Assembly: GCA_964588685.1 (NCBI GenBank)
Contig: CAZPQG010000005.1
Location: 5,916 to 69,915 of the forward strand
DNA from: an uncultured Pseudomonadales bacterium
GTDB taxonomy: Bacteria > Patescibacteriota > Microgenomatia > UBA1400 > PJMF01
Direction of reading: 5' to 3'
DNA: 64,000 bases
The notes below the pieces were generated by a model. The model made no database searches. It was given only the letters and a program-made list of their open reading frames with translations, and was not told the DNA's origin. A program made the translations under genes and the position numbers. The first letter of the stretch is position 1; each line of letters begins with the position of its first letter. This document shows, piece by piece, positions 46,268 through 56,718 of the stretch.

Positions 46268-46831
46268 ATGAGCAATAATAATGATAAGGATAATCCATTT
46301 AAGGTAGGCGATAAGATTATTCGCTTTGGCAAAGTGCATGAAATATTTAAGATTGAAGAGGAAGAAAACCCCCAAAGCGGTGAAGTAGATGAAATTTTGT
46401 ATTTTAAACCTGTTTATGAAACACAAGCTAACAAAAGTTTGGTTTGTTCAATTGCCGCTTCCAATTTGGAGCTGACTGAAATACGCCGCCCTTTATCAGA
46501 AGAGGGATTAGATGAATTAATTGAATTTTTGCGCTCAAAAATTGATATGGAAGGCAGGTTTAATACACGCTCTGCTAAGGAAGTTATCAAATCTAATGAT
46601 CCTAAAAAAATAGCTATGATCTTGAAAAAGTTAGCAATTGTAAGGCGTGATCCTGATACTAATTTCACTTATACAAAAAAAAGGCTTTTTAAGAGAGGCG
46701 TAAAAAAAATAAGAGAAGAAATAGCTCTAGTCAGGGACATATCAATAAAAGAAGCTCATGATTTAGTGTTGGAAATTCTTATAGAACAAGCAGTTAAAAG
46801 TTTTGATATAGAGGAAGAAGAATCAGATTAA
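46268..46831 (+). CDS. CarD/CdnL-family RNA polymerase-binding regulator (tentative).
   Basis: N-terminal FKVGDKIIRFGKVHEIFKIEE resembles the CarD FKVGD.VV.P.HG motif. The downstream spacing of hydrophobic blocks resembles CarD. Confidence 0.45.
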   Translation: MSNNNDKDNPFKVGDKIIRFGKVHEIFKIEEEENPQSGEVDEILYFKPVYETQANKSLVCSIAASNLELTEIRRPLSEEGLDELIEFLRSKIDMEGRFNTRSAKEVIKSNDPKKIAMILKKLAIVRRDPDTNFTYTKKRLFKRGVKKIREEIALVRDISIKEAHDLVLEILIEQAVKSFDIEEEESD

Positions 46832-46923
46832 TTAGTTGTTTTAGCTTTATTAAGCCAGAAGATATTTTTATTTTAAAGCCGCTTTAATTTTTTTCAACTG
46901 TCTTTCTGACCCTCGCGAGTTAC

Positions 46924-47943
46924 TTATTTATCCATAGTATGTTCATCTGAGGTATCCGAAATTTTTGCTTTGACAGTGCTGATAACAGGATCTAGGTCGC
47001 CTTCAATAATGTTTTCTAATTGATGCCAGCTCTCATTAATGCGATGATCAGTCACTCTGTTTTGGGGATAATTATAAGTACGTATTTTTTCAGCTCGCAT
47101 ACTGCGGCCGATAGCTGATCTGGCTGATTGAATTTTTTCCTCTTTTTTTTCCTGCTCGATTGACCATAATTGACTTCTTAATAATTCTAGCGCTAAAGCT
47201 CGGTTTTGCAACTGCTTTCTTTCCTGGCTGACTCTTATGACAATGCCGCTTGGTTTATGGGTTAAGCGGACTGCGCTGCTGGTTTTATTAACTGATTGGC
47301 CACCGGCTCCACTGGAGCGCATAAACTCCCAATTTAAATCTGTATCCTTAATTTTAATTTTATCAGCTTTTATTTCCGGCAAGACCGCTACCGAAGCAGT
47401 GGAAGTATGTATTCTGCCTTGCGTCTCGGTGGCAGGTACTCGCTGTACTCGATGGACTCCTGCTTCATGTTTAAATAACTGATATGGATAAAGAGTTTTG
47501 TTGACAGTCTTAGTTTCTTTGCTGTCAGAGTCTACTAATGTTATCTTAAGTTTGGTTTTTTTAGAAATTTTCAGGACTGAATTATCAATAAATTCCACTT
47601 TTAGATTTTTATTTTGACTATAACGAACATACATTCTTAAAAGATCTTCTGCCCAAATTTTAGCTTCATCACCCCCAGCACCGGCTCTTAATTCTAGAAT
47701 GGCGCTTGAAGTAAGAGTTTCATCTTGCTCGGCTTCTTCTTGCTCGGTTAAAGTGTCTTTGTATTCTTGAGCGTATTTGTTTAAAGAGGCAAGTTCTTTT
47801 TTAAGGCGGGAGATTTCTTCTTCAGCCAAAGATTTAAATTCAGGATCAGACAACAGCTTTTTATTGTCAGCAATTTTTGTTTTAAGCTGCTTGATTTGTT
47901 TCTGGTAAATATCAGGGTTGTCGGACATATTATTGGGCTTCAT
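46924..47943 (-). CDS. prfA: Peptide chain release factor 1.
   Basis: GGQ motif (SGAGGQSVNKT). The tripeptide anticodon PAT (RVQRVPATETQGRIHTS) is the RF1 PxT, not the RF2 SPF. Confidence 0.85.
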   Translation of the reverse strand: MKPNNMSDNPDIYQKQIKQLKTKIADNKKLLSDPEFKSLAEEEISRLKKELASLNKYAQEYKDTLTEQEEAEQDETLTSSAILELRAGAGGDEAKIWAEDLLRMYVRYSQNKNLKVEFIDNSVLKISKKTKLKITLVDSDSKETKTVNKTLYPYQLFKHEAGVHRVQRVPATETQGRIHTSTASVAVLPEIKADKIKIKDTDLNWEFMRSSGAGGQSVNKTSSAVRLTHKPSGIVIRVSQERKQLQNRALALELLRSQLWSIEQEKKEEKIQSARSAIGRSMRAEKIRTYNYPQNRVTDHRINESWHQLENIIEGDLDPVISTVKAKISDTSDEHTMDK

Positions 47944-48152
47944 TAATGCTGCTCACATTATTTGTTGCAGCGATGTTTTGTATTATGTTTAATATTGTAT
48001 CTATTATAGCTCAAGGTCTACAAATTTCTCGTCATTAGTATTTTGCTATTAATATAAAGATTTCTGTAATATCAACAGAATTAACATAAAGCTAATTAAA
48101 ACTGGAAGAATTAAATTGCCTGCGAAAAGCAAAATTATTTTTTAAGCTATTT

Positions 48153-48482
48153 TTACTTTTCTTTTCTGAGTTGAGAGCGTTTTTCTCGAAGGATTTGTTG
48201 ATAACTAAGAGGTTCTTCTTCTTTAGTTTCGTTTTCATCTTTTGCTTTCTTTTTCTTAGCCGCTTGCTGCTGTTGCTTTTTAGCTTGTTCCATTTTTTTT
48301 CTAAATTTATCAACTCTGCCTTGTTGATCAACAAACTTCATTTCACCAGTAAAAAATGGGTGGCATTTACTGCAAATCTCAACTTCAATTTTTTCTAAAG
48401 TAGAGCCTGTAGTAAAAGTGTTGCCGCAACTGCAAACCACTGCAGCGTTATCGTGCCAGTTAGGATGAATATTTTTTTTCAT
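48153..48482 (-). CDS. rpmE: 50S ribosomal protein L31, with a lysine-rich C-terminal extension.
   Basis: [10 protein letters not shown]...CSCGNTF...[10 protein letters not shown] (Zn ribbon). About 40 extra K/E/Q-rich residues. Confidence 0.85.
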   Translation of the reverse strand: MKKNIHPNWHDNAAVVCSCGNTFTTGSTLEKIEVEICSKCHPFFTGEMKFVDQQGRVDKFRKKMEQAKKQQQQAAKKKKAKDENETKEEEPLSYQQILREKRSQLRKEK

Positions 48483-48593
48483 AATGAACAGTAATTATAA
48501 CATAAAAAATATAAGATTATAAAATACGGCTGCAGCACAGGGGCAGAAATTTATGAAAGCAGAGCTAAAAAATGAATTTAATATTGTGTTTAT

Positions 48594-49568
48594 TTAGCGA
48601 TGAACTCTCTTTTCCGCCAACAGTACTCCCAGCAAAACTAAAAATAAGCTCAAAATTTGCTGCGCTGAGACCGTCTCACTCAACAGCAGGATACCCAAAG
48701 GCAGGTAAACTAAGGGCTGCAGGTAAGTAAACAAGCTCGCTTCAGAAGCTTCAATTTTATCTTGTCCTTTAATATAGCTGATTAAACCAATCACTGAGCC
48801 AAAGATGCCCATGTAGATTGAAGCAAATCTAACTTGAGGAAATTGCCAATCCTGAATGATAAAAGACGTTAACTGTGAAAAATTAAATTCAACTATTACT
48901 AAATTAATTATTAAAAAACTAACTAATCCCACTAGAAAACTAACAGCACCAACCAGAGTTTTATTCAGCCGAGCATAATATTTTTTAGCTAAGATAAAAT
49001 ATAGAGCGTTGGTAACATTAAAGCCAGCCACTAATAAGTTGCCTGCAAGTGAAATTTGATTGACGCAACTGTTTTGAGTGGTGACAATTAAGATAGAACC
49101 AAGCAAAGAGACAGCTAAGCCCACCCATTCCCAGCCTTCCTGTTTTTCTTTAAGTAAAATTACGCCTGCTAAGGTGATGAAAACAGGCCCTGTGGTGCCG
49201 ATTAAGCTGGCTTCAATGGCTGATGTTTGAGCTAGGCCGAAAAATAAGATGCTTAAAGAAAAAACTGTACCCAAAAGTTCGATAGAAATTATTTTAAAGA
49301 GTTGTTTGGTTGTTAGTTCTTGGACAGCGGTGTTTAGTTTTTGGCCGGTAATATTCGATTTTCGCTGGATAATATATAAATAGGGCACAGAAAACAACAG
49401 CCCGGCTATTAAGTAGCGGTAAAATAAAAACCGAAAAGCAGTAGTGAACTCAAAAGCAGGTTTAACAAAAACTAGAGCGGCACCCCAGCACAAAGTATTA
49501 ATCAGTAGATAAAAATAGGATTTTTTTCTAATTGAGCTTAATTTGCCTTGAATAATTTTTTTACCCAT
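48594..49568 (-). CDS. EamA/DMT-superfamily transporter.
   Basis: About 10 TM helices arranged as two repeats. This is a pattern-only call. Confidence 0.45.
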   Translation of the reverse strand: MGKKIIQGKLSSIRKKSYFYLLINTLCWGAALVFVKPAFEFTTAFRFLFYRYLIAGLLFSVPYLYIIQRKSNITGQKLNTAVQELTTKQLFKIISIELLGTVFSLSILFFGLAQTSAIEASLIGTTGPVFITLAGVILLKEKQEGWEWVGLAVSLLGSILIVTTQNSCVNQISLAGNLLVAGFNVTNALYFILAKKYYARLNKTLVGAVSFLVGLVSFLIINLVIVEFNFSQLTSFIIQDWQFPQVRFASIYMGIFGSVIGLISYIKGQDKIEASEASLFTYLQPLVYLPLGILLLSETVSAQQILSLFLVLLGVLLAEKRVHR

Positions 49569-49681
49569 TACGAATATTGGTCCTGAACCTAATAATAATT
49601 AATCTGTGAAACAGGCACTCCAACTATGAGAATAGACAGCAAACAATTAAGTTTATTATTAGCAATTAAATTAATAATTAA

Positions 49682-50935
49682 TTAATTGCGTTTTTCTTTT
49701 AATAATTGAATTACCTCAGATAATGATAACTGTTTTTGTTTGCCGGTTTTCATATTCTTTAAGGTCGCTTGATTATTTTTTTGTTCATCTTCGCCGATAA
49801 CAATGGTAAAAGGTATTTGTTTTTGATCAGCCATTTTAAACTGTTTGCCTAACTTATCAAGTTCGGGGTAGATTTCCACTGCGATACCGGCTTGCCGCAG
49901 CTGGTTGGCTGCTTTTAATGAATTGCTAACAGTATTTTCATTAAAGAGAGTAATTAACACTTGACTACCGGCTGCAAAGTCAGGAAATAAATTGGCTTCA
50001 GAAGCTGCTGCCACTATTCGATCTACTCCAAAACTAAAACCAACAGCTGGAATAGCAACGCCGCTTAATTCTTTTATTAAATTATCGTAACGACCGCCGC
50101 CGCCGCAAGAACCGCTTTGATACGCAGGGAGATTAACTTCTACAATCATGCCGGTATAGTAATCTAAGCCGCGAGCTAGAGTAGGGGAGTAAATTAAATT
50201 TTCAGCTTTCACTCCTAATTTGATAGCTTGCTCTTTAATAGTTTCTAAATTTTGATTAATTTTAAGCTGCGAAACAGTTTTTATTACGTCTTGAGCAGTA
50301 GCAGCTGTCAATCCTTTTTCAGTTAGCTCTGCTCGTACCTCTTCTTGACTGAATTTATCTAATTTGTCTAAGCTTTGAATTAAAGAAAAGACATCTGCTT
50401 GCTCAGTGGCAACAGCTTTAAGTTTTTCAACTAATAATTGTCGGTCATTAATTAATAGTTGAACTTGATCAAACCCAATATTAATAAAGGCTTGATAAGT
50501 GCAAGCTAAAATTTCAGCGTCTGCTAACTGAGAAGTGGTGCCAAAAATATCCATATCGCACTGCATAAATTCTCTAAACCGACCCTGCTGTGGGTTTTCT
50601 GCTCTAAATACATTTTGAATCTGATAGCGTCTAAAAAATTTAGGAAGATTATTGCGGTATTGAGCTAAAATACGAGCCGTGGGTACTGTTTGATCGTAGC
50701 GCAGCCCCAGCTTGCGGCCGCCTCTGTCAGTAAAGGTATAAATTAGCTTGTCAGCTTCAGTGCCGTATTTGTCTAATAATAACTCTGCGTATTCTAAAGT
50801 AGGAGTTTCCAAGGGCTCAAAAGCAAATAATTCAAAAGCCTTGATAATTTTATTAATAATAAAATTACGCTGCCGTTTTTGCTGCGGCATTATGTCGCGA
50901 AACCCTTTCAGTGTTTGCAGTTTTTGTTTATCCAT
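49682..50935 (-). CDS. hisS: Histidine--tRNA ligase.
   Basis: LKGFRDIMP (motif 1 region). LRYDQTVPTARI. GGGRYDNL (motif 3). Confidence 0.9.
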   Translation of the reverse strand: MDKQKLQTLKGFRDIMPQQKRQRNFIINKIIKAFELFAFEPLETPTLEYAELLLDKYGTEADKLIYTFTDRGGRKLGLRYDQTVPTARILAQYRNNLPKFFRRYQIQNVFRAENPQQGRFREFMQCDMDIFGTTSQLADAEILACTYQAFINIGFDQVQLLINDRQLLVEKLKAVATEQADVFSLIQSLDKLDKFSQEEVRAELTEKGLTAATAQDVIKTVSQLKINQNLETIKEQAIKLGVKAENLIYSPTLARGLDYYTGMIVEVNLPAYQSGSCGGGGRYDNLIKELSGVAIPAVGFSFGVDRIVAAASEANLFPDFAAGSQVLITLFNENTVSNSLKAANQLRQAGIAVEIYPELDKLGKQFKMADQKQIPFTIVIGEDEQKNNQATLKNMKTGKQKQLSLSEVIQLLKEKRN

Positions 50936-51181
50936 GTTAATTAAAATAAATTAAATAATTTTTTGTTTATAAATAGATTGGCAAATAAATGGCAGCCAAG
51001 TAATTAAAATAATAAGTCGTAAATAATTAAAATAACGAGTTGTTAAAAGCAATTTTAAATCAGTTTTAACAACAACAGTATTATAACGCGGCGGCATTTA
51101 AAAATCAGGGGAAATTTAATGATTTGTGATAAAATGGAAATTAGTTTATTAACGAGTATACTTTTGAAAAGCGTTTATTCA

Positions 51182-51255
51182 GGGCTTGTAGCTCAGTTGG
51201 CTAGAGCGCTGCTATCGCACAGCAGAGGTCAGGGGTTCGATTCCCCTCAAGTCCA
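51182..51255 (+). tRNA. tRNA-Ala (anticodon CGC). CCA is not encoded.
   Basis: Hand-folded cloverleaf: acceptor GGGCTTG/CAAGTCC with a G3:U70 pair; D-stem GCTC/GAGC; anticodon stem CTGCT/AGCAG, loop ATCGCAC; T-arm AGGGG-TTCGATT-CCCCT. Total 74 nt. Confidence 0.8.
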
Positions 51256-51329
51256 CAAAGAAGAAGATTTTGTTATTGATTACGTTGCTTTGCCTTTAAT
51301 CTTTTTGATTAAATTTTTTTAATTAAAAA

Positions 51330-52028
51330 TTAAAGATCACTTACTAAGGATTTTACTACTTGAGTATATTTTGTTTCTGTATCCTGCTCCTCATCAGTCT
51401 CAATATATCCGGCCATAATCATCTGCATGTCTTGAAAAAGATCAGTTCTGTTTATTTTATCTCCAACTAAATCTTCGTATCTGGTTTGGGTAGTAGTTAC
51501 TATTTGATGCTCTTTTCCATCTTTTCTTGATGCCAGCGTTATTCGATTGCCGTCGAGATTTAAGATAGTGCCGATTAAGACTAATTGTGGTTTTGGTCTA
51601 AAATCATTTTCTGTAATAATAATTCTTAAAGGTGTAAAATCATTTTCTTCTTGATAACCTAAAACAATGGCTGAATTTTCAATTTCAATATCTCCAACTT
51701 CAATGGCTTGATCATTTTTAATAAGTTCTACAGTTTCTGCTAATGAGACAACTTGAGGACCTTTCATATTATTAATTGTGATCGTTTCTTCAGAAACTCT
51801 TTCAACTTGTCCCACAAATCCTCGTTTTGTTTTGCCGTTATCCTGTCCATTGGCCGAATTTTTTTCTTGAACTGCTTTTTCAATTCTATCTTTTAGTGCT
51901 TCGGTTGCAGCAGGGTTTGCTTCGGAGTCTTCATCAGTAGTTTCAGTTTGAGCAAAAATTGTACCGGCGCAAATAAGAGCAGATATACTCAAAAAAACAA
52001 ATAGGAGTTTAATTTTAGGGATTAACAT
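51330..52028 (-). CDS. Secreted hypothetical protein.
   Basis: Signal-peptide-like N-terminus. No motif recognised. Confidence 0.3.
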   Translation of the reverse strand: MLIPKIKLLFVFLSISALICAGTIFAQTETTDEDSEANPAATEALKDRIEKAVQEKNSANGQDNGKTKRGFVGQVERVSEETITINNMKGPQVVSLAETVELIKNDQAIEVGDIEIENSAIVLGYQEENDFTPLRIIITENDFRPKPQLVLIGTILNLDGNRITLASRKDGKEHQIVTTTQTRYEDLVGDKINRTDLFQDMQMIMAGYIETDEEQDTETKYTQVVKSLVSDL

Positions 52029-52058
52029 TTTTTTATTTAGGGATATTAGCTATTGTTG

Positions 52059-52574
52059 TTAATTAGTTTCTGTTTCTGTTTCTGTTTCTGTTTCATCATC
52101 AACCTCTGCTTCTTCTGTTTCACTTTCTTCTTCCTCAGAAACAGGCATATATTCTTGATCGTAAACAATGACGGTTCTTTTAATGACTTCATGTTCGCCT
52201 AATTTGTCTATTACATGTATGTGAATAATATTGGCAAAATTTTGTAATTGAACCTCTTTTGAAAAATTGCCTGTTTCATCAGCTTGAGTAATGATAGGTT
52301 GATCATTGACATAAATAATGACAAATACTCCAGGCGCAGCTTTGCCGGTGACAGTAGTAGATTTTTCTTTAATTACGCTTTCATCAGTCGGCAAAAATAC
52401 AGTGGTTCGGCCATTAGATTCTTGAGATTCTTTAGGCTCTGTCTGCTCAAGTTTGTCAATAGTGGCAGCAGTTTGAGTTTTCTCCTCAGTTTTTTGAGAA
52501 TAATAGTAGCCATAAGTGATAAATAGGCCCATGGTTAAGCCAATCAGGATGGCAATAATAAATTCTTTTTTCAT
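52059..52574 (-). CDS. Membrane-anchored protein with an acidic C-terminus ending in an (ET)n repeat.
   Basis: N-terminal TM segment. The C-terminus reads ...EEEESETEEAEVDDETETETETETN. The ET repeat is encoded by the (GTTTCT)n tract at 52066-52095. Confidence 0.3.
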   Translation of the reverse strand: MKKEFIIAILIGLTMGLFITYGYYYSQKTEEKTQTAATIDKLEQTEPKESQESNGRTTVFLPTDESVIKEKSTTVTGKAAPGVFVIIYVNDQPIITQADETGNFSKEVQLQNFANIIHIHVIDKLGEHEVIKRTVIVYDQEYMPVSEEEESETEEAEVDDETETETETETN

Positions 52575-52868
52575 TATATTAACTATTATAACTCATTCCG
52601 ATGATTATTTTAACTATTTTGACTTGAATTTAATCTAAAATGACCGACAGCACTTTTAACAGTATCCTTAACATCATTTTTAAGCTGTATTAATTTGAGA
52701 CTTTTAAATTTGCAGCAAGCTGCCTGAAATTTATTTAGCAGCAGCTGTTATAATAAAATGGTTGTTAAAATAAAAAATAGTTGATAAAACTAATTACTAC
52801 ATAAACAAAGACGGAAGCTGTAGGTTGAGCGAATTTATTACTTATTTTTTTACTAAAGAAAGGTAATT

Positions 52869-53531
52869 ATGATTATTAAATATTACGGCCACGCCTGCTT
52901 CAAACTTAGGGGCACTGATGGGTCAGTTGTTACTGACCCTTATCATGATTTTATTGGCTTTGACTTGCCGAACTTAAGCGCAGATATTGTGACAGTGTCG
53001 CATGATAATCCGGCTCATAATAATTATGAAGCTATTAATAACACCTCGCGGCGTGAAAGCCCGTTTATTATTGAGAAACCGGGTGAATATCAAATTCAAA
53101 ATATTTCCATCTTTGGAGTTAAAGCGTATCAAGATGATAAACAAGGATCATTGAGAGGGGAAAACTATATTTTCAGTCTTTTAGTTGACGGCCTCAAGGT
53201 ATGTCATTTAGGGGGCTTAGGTCATAAATTAGATGATAAAAAAGTTGCTGAAATTGGATTGGTTGATATCCTTTTTTTACCTATTGGCGGAGGGATGACT
53301 TTAAATCCTAAAGAGGCAACACAGGTGGCTCGTTCTTTAGAGCCTAACATTGTGATCCCCATGATTCATAAACTGCCTGATCATAATCAAGAAAATTTTT
53401 CAGAATTAAGCTCTTTAGAAGATTTTTACAAAGCTTATGAAGCTGAGCCGAAACCAATCAATAAGCTTAATATCGCCCGCAGCAATTTACCTGAAGAAAT
53501 GGAATTAATGGTTCTAAACAAATTTAATTAA
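52869..53531 (+). CDS. Metallo-beta-lactamase-fold hydrolase (UPF0173-like).
   Basis: MIIKYYGHACFKL...VTVSHDNPAHNN (HxHxD-like). A later CHLGGLGH. Confidence 0.5.
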   Translation: MIIKYYGHACFKLRGTDGSVVTDPYHDFIGFDLPNLSADIVTVSHDNPAHNNYEAINNTSRRESPFIIEKPGEYQIQNISIFGVKAYQDDKQGSLRGENYIFSLLVDGLKVCHLGGLGHKLDDKKVAEIGLVDILFLPIGGGMTLNPKEATQVARSLEPNIVIPMIHKLPDHNQENFSELSSLEDFYKAYEAEPKPINKLNIARSNLPEEMELMVLNKFN

Positions 53532-53809
53532 GCATTAACCAGCTGGCTAAACTCTAATAAAATTCTAGGAAATTTTAACAGCATTAGGCAGCTAACAGCT
53601 CAACCGATAGAATAAAAGTCTTGCATAAGTATTAAAAGTTGCTAAACTAAAAATTGCACTATAGTTTAGATATTAATAGTGCTTTTCCTGCCCGTATGAG
53701 GTGATGTCATTTGAAGAGGTTAATCTTCAATCAGTGCTTTATTTAGAGTTATTATTTAGAGTTGCCTTTAATTTATTTTGATTTTAATTTTTAATTTACT
53801 TTTTAACTC

Positions 53810-55114
53810 ATGGATTCAAAAATACCTCCACATGATCTAGAAGCAGAGCGGTCTGTGCTGGCAGCTATTTTAATTGATGACGAAGCTATTATTAAAGTGT
53901 CTGATTATCTTAACGTAGAAAGTTTTTACGACCGTTCTCATCAGTTAATTTACCAAAGTGCTGTTGAACTTTACGAAGACAGAGAAGCAATAGATGTAGT
54001 GACTCTAACCAATCAACTTAAAAAAAATGAAGTTTTGCAAAGAGTTGGCGGTGCCAGCGCTATTGCTAAACTGTCTAATTTATTGTCAACAGCAGCAAAT
54101 GTTGAAAGTTATGCCAAATTAATCAAAGAACATTTTATTAAGCGGCGTTTAATTAGTATTTCCGGTAATTTGAGTGAACTGGCTTTTGATAATAGCAAGA
54201 CTGCTCAGGAAGCTTTAAACATGGCCGAGGCTAAGGTCTTTAAGGTTTCACAGGCTCATTCTGATCGCGATTTTATTCCTCTTAAAGATACTTTAGTTGA
54301 AAGTTTTGAAAGATTGGATGAGCTGCAGAAGAGCGGAGGAGACCTGCGCGGAGTGCCGACAGGTTATAAGGATATTGATGATTTGCTGGCCGGATTGCAG
54401 AAGTCAAATTTAATTATTTTAGCAGCGCGGCCGGGCATGGGAAAAACAGCTCTCTCTTTAAATATTGCTCAAAACATTGCAGTCAAATACAGCAAAAAAG
54501 TTGGGTTTTTTTCTCTAGAAATGAGTAAAGAAGAGTTAGTTGACCGTTTGCTAGTGTCACAAGCTGATATTGATGCCTGGAAATTAAAGACGGGTAGACT
54601 CAATCAACAGGATTTTTTAAAAATATCTGATGCTATGGGGGTCTTGGCTGAAGCTAATTTATTTATTGACGACACTCCCGGTTTGAGCATTTTTGATATG
54701 AGAACTAAAGCTAGAAGATTGATGTCGGAGCAAAATATTGATGTTTTGGTTGTTGATTATTTACAGTTGGCCCATGGACGGACTAAAGATAATCGCGTGC
54801 AAGAGGTGTCAGAGATATCACAAGGTTTAAAAAATATAGCTAGGGAGTTAAGAGTGCCGGTTTTATCTTTATCTCAACTATCTCGTGCTATCGAGAATAG
54901 GGGAGAGAAAAGACCTCAATTGTCTGATTTAAGGGAGTCCGGTGCTATTGAGCAGGATGCAGATGTGGTGATGTTTTTGTATCGCAAAGATGAAGACATT
55001 AGAGAGCAAGTGACATTGAGAGTTTCTAAGCATCGTAATGGTCCGTTGGGTGAGGCTGAGCTTTACTTCAGAGGTGATAGAATCAGATTTTATGGGATGG
55101 AAGATAGGATGTAA
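53810..55114 (+). CDS. dnaB: Replicative DNA helicase DnaB. It has a normal length and no intein.
   Basis: PHDLEAERSVLAAIL (N-terminal domain). ILAARPGMGKTALSLNIAQN (Walker A). VDYLQL, and an arginine-finger region. Confidence 0.9.
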   Translation: MDSKIPPHDLEAERSVLAAILIDDEAIIKVSDYLNVESFYDRSHQLIYQSAVELYEDREAIDVVTLTNQLKKNEVLQRVGGASAIAKLSNLLSTAANVESYAKLIKEHFIKRRLISISGNLSELAFDNSKTAQEALNMAEAKVFKVSQAHSDRDFIPLKDTLVESFERLDELQKSGGDLRGVPTGYKDIDDLLAGLQKSNLIILAARPGMGKTALSLNIAQNIAVKYSKKVGFFSLEMSKEELVDRLLVSQADIDAWKLKTGRLNQQDFLKISDAMGVLAEANLFIDDTPGLSIFDMRTKARRLMSEQNIDVLVVDYLQLAHGRTKDNRVQEVSEISQGLKNIARELRVPVLSLSQLSRAIENRGEKRPQLSDLRESGAIEQDADVVMFLYRKDEDIREQVTLRVSKHRNGPLGEAELYFRGDRIRFYGMEDRM

Positions 55115-55277
55115 TAAAAAATCTTGCACGAGGTTTAATTCAAGAGATTTAAATCAAGATTTTTTGCTGCGATAATTTTTAATGCCAACAAAGAATTTTC
55201 AACTGATAATTTTTATTACTACTGTAAACGAAAAAGTGCTGCGCAGAAAATAAGGTGTTGCAGAGGCTAGGTTGTTG

Positions 55278-55511
55278 TTAACGAGGAGCCATCCCAAAGA
55301 GAAGGAAAATTAGACTACTTGAAACCGCAATTAAGATGAGGAACGATCCTAAGTATGATTTTGTACCTTGTTTAATTTGATCAGGGTCCGGATTGTCGGT
55401 AGCTATCAGGATTAAAATTGAAACAATGATCCAGATTAAAGCCCTAAAAACTACTGACCAAGTGTTAGTGACATCAAATAAACTAAAAGCAATTGATTTT
55501 ACAAACTCCAT
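55278..55511 (-). CDS. Small two-TM hypothetical membrane protein.
   Basis: ORF only. Confidence 0.25.
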   Translation of the reverse strand: MEFVKSIAFSLFDVTNTWSVVFRALIWIIVSILILIATDNPDPDQIKQGTKSYLGSFLILIAVSSSLIFLLFGMAPR

Positions 55512-55649
55512 ATCTTAATAATGCTTTAATTTCTAGTAAAATGCAAGGGTTATTGATAGAATAAAGCTGTAGTTAGTGAAGTTTTAAGGTTGATAATTAA
55601 AATTTTCAGCAGATTATTAATTAATTGTTAGCCTTAGTCGTTATTTTGA

Positions 55650-55735
55650 GCCGCGGTGGCGGAACTGGCAGACGCGTGGGTCTCAAAAACCCATGAGTTT
55701 TAACACTCGTGTGAGTTCGATTCTCACCCGCGGCA
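55650..55735 (+). tRNA. tRNA-Leu (anticodon CAA), type II with a long variable arm. CCA is not encoded.
   Basis: Hand fold: acceptor GCCGCGG/CCGCGGC; anticodon stem TGGGT/ACCCA, loop CTCAAAA; a 17-nt variable arm with a GAGT/ACTC stem; T-arm GTGAG-TTCGATT-CTCAC. Total 86 nt. Confidence 0.8.
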
Positions 55736-55905
55736 CAAAAAAAGATAAACACAGAAATAGATTTAAATAGTGCAACAAGTTGAAGCGCATATTGAAACGC
55801 ATATTGAAACGCATAAACAACTTTAAACACAGTAGTAAGTTTTGATATTTGGCAAGGCGCAATTAGGTTACAATATTAATTAGGTATTTATTAACCACAT
55901 TTTTT

Positions 55906-56718
55906 ATGTTTCCTACGCTTTTAAATATAGGCTCATTTCATTTGCGAACCTTGAGTGTTTTTCAAGCTATAGCTTTTTTTGCCTGCGCTTTAGTATTTTG
56001 GAAAAGAGCAAGAGAAGAAAGCTATTCAGAAGTAAAAGTATTCGACGGCTTTTTAATATCTTTTATTATCGGCTGGCTGAGCGGCAGAGTAGGGCATATT
56101 GTTATTAATTATGATCAATTCGGGTTTGATGTTTTGAAATGGTTGAATGTGGTGCACTATCCGGGCCAGCTGTTGTCGTTTTTTTTATTAGGCGCCACAC
56201 TATACCTTTATTTTTATGCAAAAAAAGAAAAATGGGATGCTTTTGAAATTTTGGACTGGTGGGCCCAGGCATTGACAATGGGGTTAATATGGTTAAATTT
56301 GGGCTTTTTTTTCACAGGTATACTTTTCGGTAAAACTACTAACTTGCCTTGGGGAGTAGTTTTTCCGGGCGTTTTTGAACCCCGACATCCGGTGCAAATA
56401 TATTATGTCATATTTTTAGTCATACTTTATAAATTTTTAAATTGGCTGGAATTCAACTATCGTACTTTTAGCTGGTATCGCGCCGGTAAGAAGACTGCTC
56501 AAACAGGGTTTTTATTTATTGTTTTTTTATTTAGTTATGGTTTATTTTCATTATTAATGAAATTTTTTCAACCTGCTTTGATTGTGGTTGGCGAATTTTC
56601 ATTTGATACTTTGTTTTATTTAGGTTTAATTTTTTTTGCTTTATATTTACTGCTGCTGCGTTCAAATCGATCCTTTTTCTCTGTTAATAAAAAGAAATTC
56701 TTTGCGATTAAAAGATAA
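55906..56718 (+). CDS. lgt: Prolipoprotein diacylglyceryl transferase.
   Basis: Polytopic membrane protein. GWLSGRVGHIVINYDQFG resembles the Lgt signature G.RLGNF.N.E..G. Confidence 0.6.
   Translation: MFPTLLNIGSFHLRTLSVFQAIAFFACALVFWKRAREESYSEVKVFDGFLISFIIGWLSGRVGHIVINYDQFGFDVLKWLNVVHYPGQLLSFFLLGATLYLYFYAKKEKWDAFEILDWWAQALTMGLIWLNLGFFFTGILFGKTTNLPWGVVFPGVFEPRHPVQIYYVIFLVILYKFLNWLEFNYRTFSWYRAGKKTAQTGFLFIVFLFSYGLFSLLMKFFQPALIVVGEFSFDTLFYLGLIFFALYLLLLRSNRSFFSVNKKKFFAIKR

Noticed and set aside
46924-47943. Release factor 2 with a programmed +1 frameshift.
   Set aside because: The protein carries the RF1-specific PxT (PAT) motif rather than the RF2 SPF motif. The ORF is continuous from ATG to stop, so no frameshift site is expected.
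53532-53809. Possible origin-like or regulatory region upstream of dnaB (inverted repeats CTAAACT..AGTTTAG, TTGAAGAGGTTAATCTTCAA; direct repeat TTATTTAGAGTT twice).
   Set aside because: There are no DnaA boxes and no AT-rich 13-mer array. The repeats are short and individually weak. I treat the region as an ordinary promoter/leader unless comparative data show otherwise.
55787-55821. 12-bp tandem duplication GCATATTGAAAC twice (plus GCATAAACAAC) just downstream of tRNA-Leu, as a possible integration scar.
   Set aside because: There are only two units and no integrase or foreign genes nearby. The downstream gene is lgt (core). It is probably a simple slippage duplication.
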